A stretch of DNA of 64,000 bases from Chrysomallon squamiferum. Taxonomy: Eukaryota > Animalia > Mollusca. Both the position numbers and the translations under genes were made by a program. Below, piece by piece: positions 48,501 to 61,109 of the stretch. Below the pieces are notes generated by a model. It was not told the origin of the DNA and did no database searches. It saw only the letters and a program-made list of their open reading frames with translations. The DNA is taken from NCBI GenBank assembly GCA_012295275.1, contig CM022665.1, positions 46,004,001 through 46,068,000 of the forward strand, written 5' to 3'. The stretch's first letter is position 1, and each line of letters opens with the position of its first letter.

Positions 48501-50694
48501 CGAGTATACACAATGCATATGACATTAAAACATTCTATTAAAAAAAGTTTTTAAACATGATTTGTATTGTCGAAAAAATTTCAAAAAGATATTAACACAT
48601 TAGACAGAACTAAAATAAACATTCTGATGATATTTTTGGTTTTTAAAATTACATAGACAAACACTACTAACACTAACACTAACACTAACACTAACAAAAC
48701 AAACAAATAAATAAAATTACCAGGCACAAACTTAAACACAAACACCAACACCAACACCAACACCAACACCAACACCAACACTAACACTAACACTAACACC
48801 AACAAAACAATAACAAATAAATAAATAAAATTACCAGGAGTCTGTCCTGCAGAAAAATGACCTTCGACATGTCTGGACAATGAACTAGCATCGTGACACT
48901 GCAGCTCACAGACTGGACACACAAACATTTGCCCGTTCCCGCCCTCTGCTCCAACCTGACTCGTTCCCGGAGCAGCCGGTGACCACTTAGTGGGACTGAG
49001 AATGTCCGTGTGGCTCGCGTTGATGTGAGCCTCCAGACTTCTGGGCGTGTCCTGACTGCACCCGCACAGCGGACACTTGTACATGACGTCGAAGTCCTCG
49101 CTGTTCGACGCAGCTCCCAGCTTCATTGGACTGAGGATGTCGCTGTGTTGACGGTTCACGTGTTGTTCTATTGAGGCCTCGGAGTGAGTGGAGAAATTAC
49201 AAAATGGACAGGAGTAGGAATTCAAAGCAGGATCAGCGGCTGCACGAGTTCCTCCTTCTTGGATGTGACCCGAAGCTTGAGGTACGTCGAGGTACAGATT
49301 AGGTCGACCGCTTTCTGCTGAAGAACTGGGTTCATCTTTACCAAGTCTACTGTCTGCTGATGAACTAGGTTCGTAGTTACTAAGTCTACCGTCTGCTGAA
49401 TAGCTGGTTTCGTTTTCACTAAGTCTACTGTCTGCTGATAAACTAGGTTCATTTTTATTGAGTATGCTATCTTCTAAAGACCTCTCCCCACTTTCATCAT
49501 GAGTGCAATTCTGACTGCTGCTGCTGCTAGTGAAATGATGATGACTATAAGGAAAATATGGTTCTGTTTTATCTGAACTGTTTCTGTCAAAATGATTTCT
49601 TTCTAAGCTATTGGTCTGGCTGGTACAGTCTGTCTGACAGTTAAGATGCTCAGAATCGTTATATGATACACAGTCGCCACTTTCAAAAACATTTGCATGT
49701 CCATTCATCAGCGATTCACCTTCATGATCCATGAAGGTTTTAGCTTCACTGGTTTCTGATTGATCATAAAATTCGGATGGATATGAGTCCAGTAGATCTC
49801 CATGCTCAGAATGGACATGTTTTTCACATTCTGACCCATTCTCCCAGATCTGGTCACAAAATGGACAGATATTGTTCTCCTCATGCTCGGCAGAGATGTG
49901 TAGTTTCATCTCATTTTCTGTCATGCCCGATCTGCCGCAAACAATACAGGTAAACTTCTCTCTTACTAGACAACCAGCCATCTTAATTCTTCTGCAAGCT
50001 AGAAAGAAAGAAAAAATGTTTACTATCAGAACAGTCAAAATTGAAAATCATAAAAGATATAGGTCTAAATTTAATACAGCCATTCTCATTTTTACATGGA
50101 AAACAGAGCTACTGACACATTGTGCAGAAATGATCCACCGTTTTTTCCATGCATTATGTACAGTTTAATTGTAATTTGTAATTTAGTGTATCAGGATTTG
50201 GATATGTGTGAATACCATTTTTTTATTTTTTTTGTTTTATTTTTTGAAATTATAACAATTAATTAACACTATTTATAACTTTCAGTTATTTTAAACTGTT
50301 TTAATTAAACCAAATTTCTGATGGCCAGAGATCGTATCTGTAATATTATTATAATTTTTTACGATTGTCAGAACTGGTAAATACTTTTGATTTCATATCA
50401 GTTTAACCTTTAAAATATTCTTAATTTTAAAGAGACTACCAGATTTTTTTGGATTTTTTTTCCCCCATTGACAGTGAACTTTCATTTTCGACTCGAAATT
50501 ATTTCCTTCGTTTTCCATTTAATCTATCTTATTATTATATCATACATATTTTCTGGTATTGTTTTACTTCTAGATTAAATAATAAATAAACAACCAAAAT
50601 TAATATTAAACACTGATTAGTATCAGAGGTCTGCAGTAAAAGGATTGTTTATTGTAATTATTTACCTGGATTGTTTCTCACACTCCGACACCAT
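43576..50694 (-). CDS. ZUP1: Zinc finger-containing ubiquitin peptidase 1 (ZUFSP; C78-type deubiquitinase), 9 coding exons, about 730 aa
   Basis: Exons (minus): 50694-50666 (in-frame first exon; Met at about 49981 is an alternative start), 49991-48835, 48367-48273, 47712-47544, 46812-46621, 45850-45682, 45128-45001, 44305-44088, 43611-43576; total 2193 nt. Five C2H2/UBZ-like fingers, MIU-like SDKQLAEEIQKQE, catalytic DKGWGCGYRNLQMLLSSL, WIGATE, PPLYLQHQGHSRTVIG, LLLFDP. Confidence 0.95.
48655..48838. repeat. (ACCAAC/ACTAAC)n hexamer microsatellite with a duplicated ZUP1 exon-2 donor
   Basis: CCTG|GTAATTTTATTTATTT on the minus strand occurs at 48835 and again at 48721, each followed by a hexamer repeat array. 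Confidence 0.85.
49300..49455 (-). repeat. Coding tandem repeat, 39 bp (13 aa) x4, in ZUP1 exon 2
   Basis: NEPSLSADSRLSE / NETSYSADGRLSN / YEPSSSADSRLGK / DEPSSSAESGRPN. Confidence 0.85.
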
Positions 50695-51216
50695 GAATTT
50701 TTATTGAATTTGTTGTGTTTGCACTACGAACACTGAAATACTTCAGTAATAAATTGAATGACGGAAACACCCGATACATTTTACTATTATTAACTCTGAC
50801 AGGTCTTTTCCCTCAGTGTATCCAATCACAATATAGTTTGCATTATACAGTTTACCACACTGTTATGCACCACAACAAATCGCCCCATTTATTTATAATT
50901 AATTGTTACAATTAATAAACATTCATTTTCGAATTTCCACCGCATTATATAAGTAGCAGTTCACTATTTTCCTCTTTTTTTTAAAAATTTATTTATAATA
51001 TTTGAAAAATCTGACGCATTATACTTTAATTTTTTTTCTTCTTTTAGTGTATTATGTACATCTAAACCTAAGTCATTTTTTATGCAAACTATATAAACTT
51101 TATTAATTATATATCATTATCAGCGAGTTAAAGCTGCAATGATACCATTATAATGTTATTTATTTATTTGATATTGTTAGAAACATGCCCCCTGGCAGTA
51201 GAAGTACTGCTGCTAC

Positions 51217-51250
<34 letters not shown>

Positions 51251-51517
51251 CTGTCGCCATGAGCAAGGAACCAATAGCTTTAATTCGTCAGTAACATAGG
51301 GTGGAATGTTATTGAGTTGAAATATATTTGGTACGAATTCACTTTCATTTTGACCAATCAAAAAACAAATTGGAGACTGAAGAGGTTGCGGGATTCCATA
51401 ATTTTTGGAAAATCACGTCTGAAGGTCAAGGTTGAATAAAAACAACAAGTCGCATGCAAACGCTGCAAACCATTCACAGCTGACACGATATTTTCGGGAA
51501 ACCACACGATCTGAACG
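50695..51517. promoter_or_regulatory. Divergent promoter region between ZUP1 and FAM162
   Basis: Start codons 0.82 kb apart and divergent; CCAAT box (GACCAATCA, about 51352-51360), CACGT at 51414-51418, TGAAGGTCA at 51420-51428. Confidence 0.65.
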
Positions 51518-54500
51518 ATGGCATTTTTAAACAGAAGTGTATCATCAATAAGAACGCTCTGGAGAGTGAAAGATGTCGTTCAAAATCAGACAAAATGTTT
51601 GCTGTTGCGTTCACAAGCTCCCGTCTCACAGCGAATGTACTCTGAGTCGTCTTCTGAGTCAACTTTAGGTAAGACCTTGGGCTTAAACAAAAACGAAAAA
51701 TAACCCCTAAAATGAAAATAACCTGAAGGTCATTTTAAAATGAATATTCATAGCCCAAACTATTTAAATAAATAACTACATATATATTTATATAGACATA
51801 CAATTCAAATAGTTGAACTGCTATTTAATTTTTGACATTCAACGTGAACCTAACAATTCCTGGGACCATTGATTATTGCATACTGTAACTCACATTCTTT
51901 CTACCTTTTTCCTTTTTCTAATCTTAATTTTTAAAGTCAATAACTGATATTAAATAATCAAATCATTATGATAATGTCAATAAAATATTTATATGCATTT
52001 TATTTATTAAAACTACTCCTACAGTAATACGAACAATAACTATGTTGTCATCACATGGGAAGTAACTCCTTTTGGCACATTTTGACCATTTATTTTTGTT
52101 AATAATGGTGAAGTGATTTTTCGAAAACCCGTCGGTTGGTTCGCGATGTAAAAATTAAAAATGTGTATATATTTTCTTCTTTTTAATTTTATAAAATTTT
52201 AATTTAATTTTAATTTTTTTAATTTTATTATTTTATTATTATTATTATTTTTTTTTTATTTTTTTTTTTTTTTTTTTTTTTTTTATTTTTTTTTTTTTGT
52301 TCCATTTTTACTGTTTTAACTTGCATTGTGACAATGGTTTTTTTTTTTAAAGTATTTATTAATGCTTTATTCACCTCTTATTAAAGGCATATTTACCTGC
52401 AAAGTTAAGCAGAATATTTTAACAACATTTGACTGGTTTTACCAGAGAAATTTTAAGCAGTTCTGAAAAGCTTAATAAAACCTGTTAAATCATTTAAAAA
52501 TAATAATAATAAATTTATTTTATTACTTTTTTAAATTATTATTATTATTATTGTTATTATTATTTTATTATTATTATCATTATTATAATTTTTATTTTTT
52601 TGTTTGCCATACTATAATTTTTGCCAATTACATCACATTTCTACTTCTTTCAATCTCTTTTTATTATTATTGTTATTATTGTTATTGTTGTTGTTGTTAA
52701 ATTAAAAAAAAATTAAAATAATAATAAGTTACTTGTGCCAAAGGGTTGCACAAACTGGTTGTCATTAACAGTAATATGTGGTAACTTTTTGATGTCTGAG
52801 CGATTTATCATGTCAAAAAAAAATATATATTAATATATTCTGAGTGTCTAATTAGAATTATCCATGTATATATTCAGACACAGAATTTATTTTACATATT
52901 TGCATCTAATTTATGCAAAATTGAAGACAGTTTTTAAAATTATTATACATTCTTGCTTCAGAATAATGTATTCCGAAATAAAATAATAAAATACATGAAA
53001 GTACAGGTTGAATTGTACTGTAGATATTAGTGTGATATATTTTGGCACAAAATAAATGTAAAAGAAAAAAAATAATTCATCTGACTTTGAAAGATGAACA
53101 GATGGATATTTCTTGCTGTGACTGTAGATTAAAGACAGAATATTTTTTTTTTTTTTTTTTTTTTTATCAGTGGAACTGCTTGCAAATATCTGGAATGATT
53201 ATTCTATTCTCAATTTTATTTTTTATTATATTTCCTATTATTTCGTTGTGGTCAGTCTATTCTGATATTCATTAAATGAAAATCTATTATTATTATTATA
53301 GATTTATAGAATGTTTTTAAAAAATAACAAAGCTGGCATCATTTCCAGATATAATGTTCTAAGGCAGTCATTTTCAACCTGAATGGTAACACCCCTTTTA
53401 TGATTTTTAAGAATGCAGGGAGTGATACAAACTCAATATATTTATAATGTATAAATGCTCAAAAGTATAGTTTTATAGCATTCTAAAATAATTTCAATAA
53501 CATCCTGACCTTCAGAAAAACTAAATTTAATGTGTACCACAGTAAGAAACAATATAAATGAAGTTTGCGCATTTGTTCTATAACACAAATCTTTGCTAAT
53601 AATAAGGTATAATAATAAACCTGTAAGGATACGTCCTGGTTGGTCCTTTCTGTACCCACTGGCAGGGCAGAATCAGGGGTCCTGCAGCTTTTCTCAGATA
53701 TACCAACTGAAACCTGACTCAGCTTTCTTCCTCGGTATCTGAATGATTGACAGTTACACTTTTCTGAAAGTAATTGTAAACAACTAAAGTAAATAAATCA
53801 TTAAGCTGTGTGTGTCAGTCTTTAAGGATTTTTTTTTTTTTACTTTCAAAAATGACAAAGCTTAAAAAAAACAAGTACATTTTTCTTCATTTTTTCATAA
53901 AATATAAAAGAGAAAATAAAATGGCTGCCATGGCTGGTTATATTATTGTCATACTCTGTTAATTATTAACACATTAGTTGTGTGTTAAACCCCAGTTATG
54001 CGGACATTCATAAAATGTACTTGGGCATTTTTTTTTTTTATTCAATTTGAACTCTGGTATCTCTTAATAAAAAGAGGGCAGATTTTATACTGGGAAGGAA
54101 GGTCATGGTTGAGTGAGCCTGAATGATGTAATACTAGAATTTAGATTATAGATAGATGAGTCAGCAGGGTTTTTTTGTTTGTACCTATAGTTGAATCTTG
54201 ATTATAACACATCGTAATAATTAATTATGTTAAATAATAATTACAGGTTGGTTTTCTTAATATCATCATTTCTTTACAATTTTTACCCTTTTTTCTTTCA
54301 ATAAACCTTAACTTCATCAAATATTACAGAAACGTGTTGGTAAATTAAAGAAGGGTTCCACTGTATCTGATAATGTTTGACATGGGGTTGGTCAAAGTAA
54401 TTTTTGATAACTTCCTTCACTTGGCTTAAGCTGTGTATTTATTTTCAAACAATTAATCCAGTCATACTTTTTACAGTCAAAAAAAAAAAAAAACTGTCAC

Positions 54501-57500
54501 TGAAATAAAATATGTATTCTTTTTTGTTTGTCTGTATGTGTGTTATTTTATTTTTCATATTTCATATTACGTACCATCTGCTGTGTCCAGTTTTATTAAA
54601 TGGATTATCATGAAGAAGATATATGCATATATATATACACATACATATATACACATACATACATACACATACATACATACATACACACATACATACACAT
54701 GCATATACAAGTACAACCCTTTCTTCAGTTTCTAAATTTCCTTATCAAGATGTCTAATTTACAGAGTTACTTAATAAATCCCCTTAATATTCCCCATTCC
54801 AAACTGTTTTATGTTTATCGTACATAATTTCCTTTTTGCAAGGAGCTGCATATAAAATGCCCTTTGCTATTAGTTAATCAAGAATTACTCAGTTAGTGAT
54901 AGCTGTACAGTTTCCTCTCTCATACCAGCATAATTCAAGAAAAGTATGATTTAGAATTAATAACATTAATCTTAAAACAAGCATTATTCATCTGTTCATT
55001 CTTTGTTTACAGACATAACACCATACAAATATTGTATTCCACAGTATAAACAGATTTAAGTTTCAAAATATTTTCTGAATTTTAAATTGAAGAATTTTAA
55101 AGGTACATTAATCCAGTGTATATTTTTCAGAAAACACATTTTAAGTTTAAAACAGTTGGCTAATTTCAAAATAATATTAATTTATTTATAAAAGCTACAC
55201 TGATGTGCATTACTGAATATGTTTCAGTAAATTGTAAAAATAATGTTTAGGCTAGGTTTTGAAAAAAATTTAAATGAAAGACAAAATTGTACGAGTGTCA
55301 TCGAAGCCAGCCTAACTGGTACAGATCTGAAAGACTTTCAGAAAGGTAAGACATAAATAGAAATCTTCTAACTTTTATTTTATTTTATTTCATTTTATTT
55401 CTTTATACGTATATATTTTCTTCTTTTTTTTTTACATAGTTAAGAAGTAAACCAAAACAAATCTTTACATTATTTTCTGCATTTTAACATTTCATTTGTC
55501 CTAAGTACTAATTTTTATATACTCCTATCCACTTTCATGTTCATAAACATTTTGAAATGGCCAAAACATGGACATTGGCATCATGTATAAAATTTTTAAA
55601 AAATGCCTAAAAAACTATTATTTCATATGAAAAAAAAAGCATGATTTTGAATGTACAGTTTGTTAAGTTTTATGATTATCATTGATTAGGGATCAGCATT
55701 TGATATAATTTAGTAAAATGTATCTACTTTGTGTATTTATTTTGGATATACAACATCCACTTTGTGTATTTATTTTGGATTAACAATATCCACTTTGTGT
55801 ATTTATTTTTGGATTAACAAAATCCATTTTGTGTATTTATTTTTGGATTAACGATATCCAGTTTTATAGCTAGAACTGAAAATATGTTTGAAAATATGTT
55901 GGATAATTTTTTAAAAACATCTTGGTTGACATTACATACTATGAACTATTTAAAACAATAACAATACAATCTGAAATGAACTTTGTTATAAATTTGTTTT
56001 ATCCAGATAGATCACATGACAATTTTATGAGCATGAAATGTTACCATAGAAAATGGAAATAAAAAAAAAAATATATATATATATATATATATGCTTAAAA
56101 CTTGCTACAAATTGTTTCTGGACACCTGATGTGCATTCACTAATTCACAAACGCTGATAACTTTTGACTTTCTTTCTTGTGGTGGCCATAGCCAAAAATC
56201 CCAAAGGATTATAGAGTGGTTGTTTCTGAAGATTTTACATGCCTTTCTTTGCATGCCTTTATTCCAAAAAAAAAAAAAAAATGTGATAACTTTGACTTTC
56301 TTTCTTGTAGAGGGTCTGAAAAAAAGACACTTTCCATCAAATTTTGAAAAGAAAATGCTGGTGTGGTGTAAACAGTACAGCAAAGTAGAAGATGTTCCAG
56401 AGTCTATTACGTGAGTGGTCTTATTGTACAGGTTCTGATATTTACACTGAATGCCAATAGCTTATCTCTTTTCCGACTGGTCTTAATGTACAGGTTCAGG
56501 TATGTGCACTGAATGTTAAAAGCCTATCTGTTTTCTAATTGGTGTTAATGCAGAGGTTGTGATATATGCACTGAATATTAAAAGCCTATGTGTTTTCTGA
56601 CTGGTCTTAATACTCGGGTGTTCTTTTTTGCACTGAATATTAAAGGCTAACCTGGTCTTAATATACATGTTCAGAAATTTCTGAAAATTAAAAGCCTGTT
56701 TTCTAACTGGTCTTATTATACAGGTTATGAATAATAAAGATCAACTGTTGTTATGAGTAGGTCTATATACAGGGCACTAAAATATTCTGAACAAATTCAG
56801 AAAAGGGTTGTATTAAATTGATGGATAATAAGATGAAATGAATTATAAATAATAAAACATTAATTTAAAATGTACATATATATCGTGCGCGTGTGTATAT
56901 GTATATCTTTATATATCTGTGTGTGTGTGTGTGTGTGTGTTTATGTACATTTCATTTTTTAAATGCAGAGTACATTTTATCATTATCCATGCATGAATTC
57001 TCATGTGTGTTGTGCTTCAATTGTTTTTCCTCATATATACAATAAAATAAAACGAGTAATTGTCAAAGGAATTGGGTTGATAGAAAGCAAAATATAAAGA
57101 CTAAAGTATTTTTATTATTACAAACTCTATCTGTAATTATTTCTGATATTGTTTTATGTGTTAAATTATTAGAAATAATAACATAAGTATTATTATTAAA
57201 AAAATTTGTATGTATTATATTGTAAGAAGTAGTTACATCATATTTATTTTTATTAGTTTATGTACTATATTATGAGAAGTAGTTGCATAATATGTATTAT
57301 TAATTTTATTATTTTATGTATTATGAGAAGCAACTATTTTTATTATTTTAGAAACACTAACATAATGTGTATTATTATTTTTGTTGTACTTATTATTTTG
57401 TGAATTATTAGAATATGTTTTATTTTTATTGTAGTTATTCTTATTATTTTTACAATAACTTTATAATACGTATTATTATTATTTTTACTTTTACTTTTAC

Positions 57501-57763
57501 TTTTACTTTTATTTTTTTATTTTTTCAGATTGTCGTCAATGTCCCGAGCCAAAGACTACTTCCGAGTGCGATTTGCTGCTCTGATGGTTCTTTCCACAAT
57601 GATTGCCAGTCTGTTTTACGTCAGTTCGGGCAAAAAAGCCGCTGCTCGAGGCGAGAGTGTTGCTAAGATGAACTTGGAGTGGCAGCAGAGAAACAGGGAA
57701 GCCTTGCAGGCAAAGAAGAGGAAGGAAGCAGCAGATGCTGCAGCTGCAGCTGCTGAAAAGTGA
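51518..57763 (+). CDS. FAM162: FAM162 / UPF0389 family mitochondrial membrane protein, 3-4 coding exons (161 or 191 aa)
   Basis: Exons 51518-51668 (R/S-rich presequence-like), 55256-55345 (symmetric phase-1 exon, less certain), 56311-56410 (HFPSNFEKKMLVW...YSKVEDVPESI), 57529-57763 (MSRAKDYFRVRF, TM helix, GKKAAARGESVAKMNLEW). Confidence 0.9.
55727..55862. repeat. Minisatellite, about 33 bp x4
   Basis: atccactttgtgtatttattttggattaacaa repeated. Confidence 0.85.
56415..56730. repeat. Degenerate minisatellite, about 60 bp x5, directly after the FAM162 exon 3 donor
   Basis: tggtctta.tgtacaggtt.....gcactgaat.ttaaaagcctat.tgttttct.ac units. Confidence 0.8.
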
Positions 57764-59456
57764 AATTTGCCTAACGTGTCTGCTGTCGTTTTTGAAGAAT
57801 ATTAGACTTAATTAATGAATTATTATTTTTTTTTTTTTGTACGTGGATCTTGTGAAAGAGTGATGATACGAAAGGTTATGAGTCAAATGTAAATCACAAA
57901 TTAACACCCAGTCTGAATAAAGAACAATACTCTCTGTGGGTGGGGAGGGTTTATTATTAAAGTTTTTCATTGTTATTATTATTATTGTTATTATTATTAT
58001 TATTATTATCATATTGTATAATGATTATTATAATAAATTTAGTGGTTTTAAAATAAATTTTGAAAAAAAATTTAATAACAAAGTTTCAGAAAATAGCTTT
58101 ACTTCATGCAAGTCGGAAGTTAGGCAGCCATATTTGTTTGTCTTGCATTTTTCTTTCAGCTCTGTATTTAATATTTATTTTATTAAAAAGACTTCAAAAT
58201 AAAAAAAAAATTGTTTTTGTTCTTTTAATTATGCTATTTAAATGTTTATTTGTACTTTACAATTTGTTGATTTATTTGTGATTTTTATTGGGTTTTTTCT
58301 TTCTTCCTTACTTTTTTAACATGGAATGGTTAGTCACTTTATGATCTACATTTGTTCTCTTTTCATATTATTTTGTTCAAGAAATAAACTGATCAAACCC
58401 AGAGATTAAATCTGAAAACATCGGTTTTTGTTTTTATTCTTTTCACAAATGCACTTTCAAAACATTAATACTTTTTCTTCTATTTTATATATAAATTGTT
58501 TGTAACAATAATATATTGTACATTTTTAATTTCATAAATAAAATAATTTTTTGTAAATTTTTAATTTCTTTTTTTGGTTTGGGTTCATGTAATATTTTTT
58601 TCTTTCATTTCTGTTTTGTGTGATTTGCATATGTTGTGATATCTGTTATCTGTAGATCCTTGCAGGGAAGTATTCAAATGTAATAACTGTCTTGTATTTC
58701 ACTTACAAAATATTAAATCTAACAAATTTTAAATATTTTTTATTTTTTTTATTTCTATTTTTTGCTTATATACGTAATATAATTTTATTACACTTTGTGC
58801 CCCTTTTGTAAATTAAGTGTTAATGAAGAAAAAATTAATAAATTTACCCTATTAAAATAACATAAAAAAAACTATTATATTTTGAGAATAAGTGCCACTT
58901 AAAAATGCATGAATTAAAATTACACAGACACACATCAATAAGTCTTCATGCAATGAAATGAAATGTTTAACAAATGTTTGAATGTGTAAAAAAATTCAGT
59001 TCTTTTTCTGGTCTTGTTCATTAAATTGTTAAACGTGTGTTAAGAATCACAGGTTACAGAGAATGAAATGACAATCCAGGTACATAGTATTCCAGTGTTT
59101 ACAATCTTGTGTGAATAAATGAGAATATCATGAAACTGAATAAAAAAAAAAAATAAAAAAAAAGGATGAAGTATTTCCGTAGTTTGTCGTTCTTGATGTA
59201 GTGCTAATTACAAGAAAGAACATAACAATTTGTTTGAAAGGTGGATTTTTATTTGAATCCACGAGAACAAATTTGAATATCAGTATTGTTTGCATAAGTG
59301 TTGAGAGGTATTTTTTTTTTTTAAATTTTTGATTAATCCTAAACCTGTACTTAAAATCATAACCAAAAAAAAACAAAATATGAGAGAGAATTTTTTTTAA
59401 AATCATGGTTCATTTCGTTCCTTTCCATGCAGTCTGGTACAAAGACAAAAGACATC

Positions 59457-59495
<39 letters not shown>

Positions 59496-60433
59496 AAAAA
59501 AAAGAAAAGTAAAAAAAAAAGGCACTTAAATAAATAATAAGTAATGTTCTTTCTGAATTACATCTGGTCTTTCAGAATACAAGTTTGTCAGGGATTATCT
59601 CTATTACCAGCAAAGATTAATGTTCAGATCCTACATGGAACTGATGCTTTGGGACCTCAGAAATGACTAATCCACACTGCTTCAAAATTTTAATCCAAAT
59701 TTTTAGAATATTTATAGTGATTTGTCGTAGAACGAGCCCTTTGAAGAATGTAAGCGGTTATCCAGACATCATTTATGTTTGCAAAGAGTCCCAAACCAGT
59801 TCAAACTTCAGGTCCCAAAAAATGTAGCTCTGTCACAGATACTGACAAATACTACAAAACCTTGGAAGAATACACAATTTATTTAGTCCAAGAACATCAC
59901 AAAGTTTAGTTGTAAGAAAATGTCTTCAGATGTGGTTACTAATAACATTATAATGAAGAAACAAAACAAATGAACCAAATCTATATCTTTATTTTCCAGC
60001 TGAATAAAATATAATGAAATAAGGGTTTTTTTCTATTTTTTGTTTTGTTTTTATATATATATATCATTTTAAATAGTAAATTCTTCTCCATCTTCGAATG
60101 TAGAATTAATTTAATTCATTAAAAGTTTTATAATAAAATTTTTAAATGTACTAATGATGAACGGTTACCTGTAGATCATTGAGCTGCAATATGTAAGAGG
60201 TAAATAAATTCATTCTTGCACTCATCTTAACTTGTACTGTGTAGTATATTAACAAGTCTTTGTCAGTCTTAAAAATTCATTAAAGTTAGTACAAATAGAT
60301 TCCATATCAAAAGTTACTGTTCTACACTAAATTTAAACACACACACACACACACAAGCATTCCTCATATTGTGGTCAGTACAGTCATCACAATTCATGTT
60401 AGAAATTTTGTTTGTTTAAATGCCAGTCAAATC

Positions 60434-61053
60434 TCATACAACTGGAGCTGTCGGAGGGACATAGTACTCTCGACAACGTTCGTAAAATACCTGCAAAAAT
60501 ATTAAAAATAAATGGTTCTCAAAGTATGTAAATAAAACCCAAAACCATATACAGTTTAAAACAAATTTACCACTACGTTAACAGACTATCAGTTTTTCAT
60601 AAAGTATTTGGAATTTTTTTTTTTAAAGCAACCATTTTGTAAATCTGTACAATAAAACATTAATAGTTTGATATAACTATATAAACAATATTGTCAAAAG
60701 TGACCATCTTTCTGTTAATATTTTATTTATTCATTTATAATTCTTGTGTTTTTAATCTGATTTCCTATGTGATGTCCAAACCTGATAATACATTTTGCTG
60801 TGTCCTGGAACACTCCTCATTTTTCTTTAAATGTTTTCTTATAATAATCTTATCTTATCTTTTTTTCACACTCTCTACATAATAAATTTGTTCTTACTTT
60901 AAAACTTCTATCTCTCAAAATTTCTTCGACATTCATTTCTGATTGCATTAATCTTAGCTGGAAAAAAAAATAAAAATAGAGGCAAAATAAAAACAATCAT
61001 CAGTGAAGTTATTAAAAATGGCTGAAAAATAACAAATGAAAGTAAAGAAGAAA

Positions 61054-61109
<56 letters not shown>

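Noticed and set aside
52960-53010. Possible extra FAM162 exon (CAG|AATAAT...CAG|GTTGAA)
   Set aside because: Immediate in-frame stop in phase 1 and weak donor
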